Source: Macrostomum lignano (Eukaryota). Taken from it: DNA of 64,000 nucleotides. The stretch covers positions 62,001 to 126,000 of the forward strand of contig NIVC01001375.1 in the NCBI GenBank assembly GCA_002269645.1, read 5' to 3'. Every line of letters begins with the position of its first letter. Within the stretch, counting starts at the first letter, position 1. Below the pieces are notes generated by a model. The model searched no databases and was not told the DNA's origin. It was given only the letters and a program-made list of their open reading frames with translations. A program made the translations under genes and the position numbers. Positions 63,362-64,000 of the stretch are shown here, in pieces.

Positions 63362-63607
63362 TCAGAAGTCAGCAAATCTCTTAAAGTCGGCGAACCGCTT
63401 CTTGAAGTCGGCGAATCTCTTAAAGTCGGCGAATCTCTTCTTGAAGTCGGCGAATCTCTTAAAGTCGGCGAATCTCTTCTTGAAGTCGGCGAATCTTTTT
63501 CTAAAATCGGCGAAACGCTTTGTTGAAACCGAACTCTCCAGTTCTTGCTCGGCGGCCGACACAGCGCTGTTTGAGTCTGAAAAGGTTTTTGCTGTACTTT
63601 GAATCCT
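63362..63607 (-). CDS. Terminal exon of a putative neuropeptide precursor with 8 copies of FADF between KR/KKR/RKR sites
   Basis: Frame reads ...SAVSAAEQELESSVSTKRFADFRKRFADFKKRFADFKRFADFKKRFADFKRFADFKKRFADFKRFADF-stop. Differences between copies are synonymous or K/R. AATAAA lies ~105 nt after the stop. Candidate acceptors at 63607 or 63576; the 5' boundary is uncertain. Confidence 0.75.
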   Translation of the reverse strand, partial: RIQSTAKTFSDSNSAVSAAEQELESSVSTKRFADFRKRFADFKKRFADFKRFADFKKRFADFKRFADFKKRFADFKRFADF

Positions 63608-63612
63608 CTGAT

Positions 63613-64000
<388 letters not shown>

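Overview
This is intron-rich animal genomic DNA, not prokaryotic: GC-rich exons with GT-AG introns sit among very abundant mini- and microsatellites, and there is no CRISPR array, rRNA or intact tRNA. The style resembles a flatworm such as Macrostomum, but that is only a guess. From left to right: (1) 1-11401, a head-to-tail array of at least 4 non-autonomous Helitrons on the minus strand, each complete copy carrying two minisatellites and a tRNA-like cassette. (2) 11.6-16.3 kb, two tandem copies of a secreted ALK/LTK-type glycine-rich gene: an orphan intact terminal exon with a foldback in its 3' UTR, and a pseudogene interrupted by a solo LTR. (3) 18.0-21.5 kb, a six-exon AK5-like tandem adenylate kinase with an IQ-motif tail. 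(4) 22.6-26.1 kb, a convergent three-exon gene for a myristoylation-type acidic repeat protein with an AKAP-like C-terminal helix. (5) A tRNA-derived SINE at 27.2-27.6 kb. (6) An intronless LRR transmembrane receptor at 28.2-31.0 kb with a probable 1-bp frameshift near its C-terminus. (7) A four-exon yorkie/YAP gene at 35.8-58.4 kb whose introns hold about 17 kb of satellite. (8) At the right edge, the last exon of an apparently unrecognised neuropeptide precursor encoding 8 copies of FADF between dibasic sites; this is the strongest novelty candidate. Most long ORFs in the supplied track are read-throughs of tandem repeats. All gene models were assembled by eye; no database search was run.
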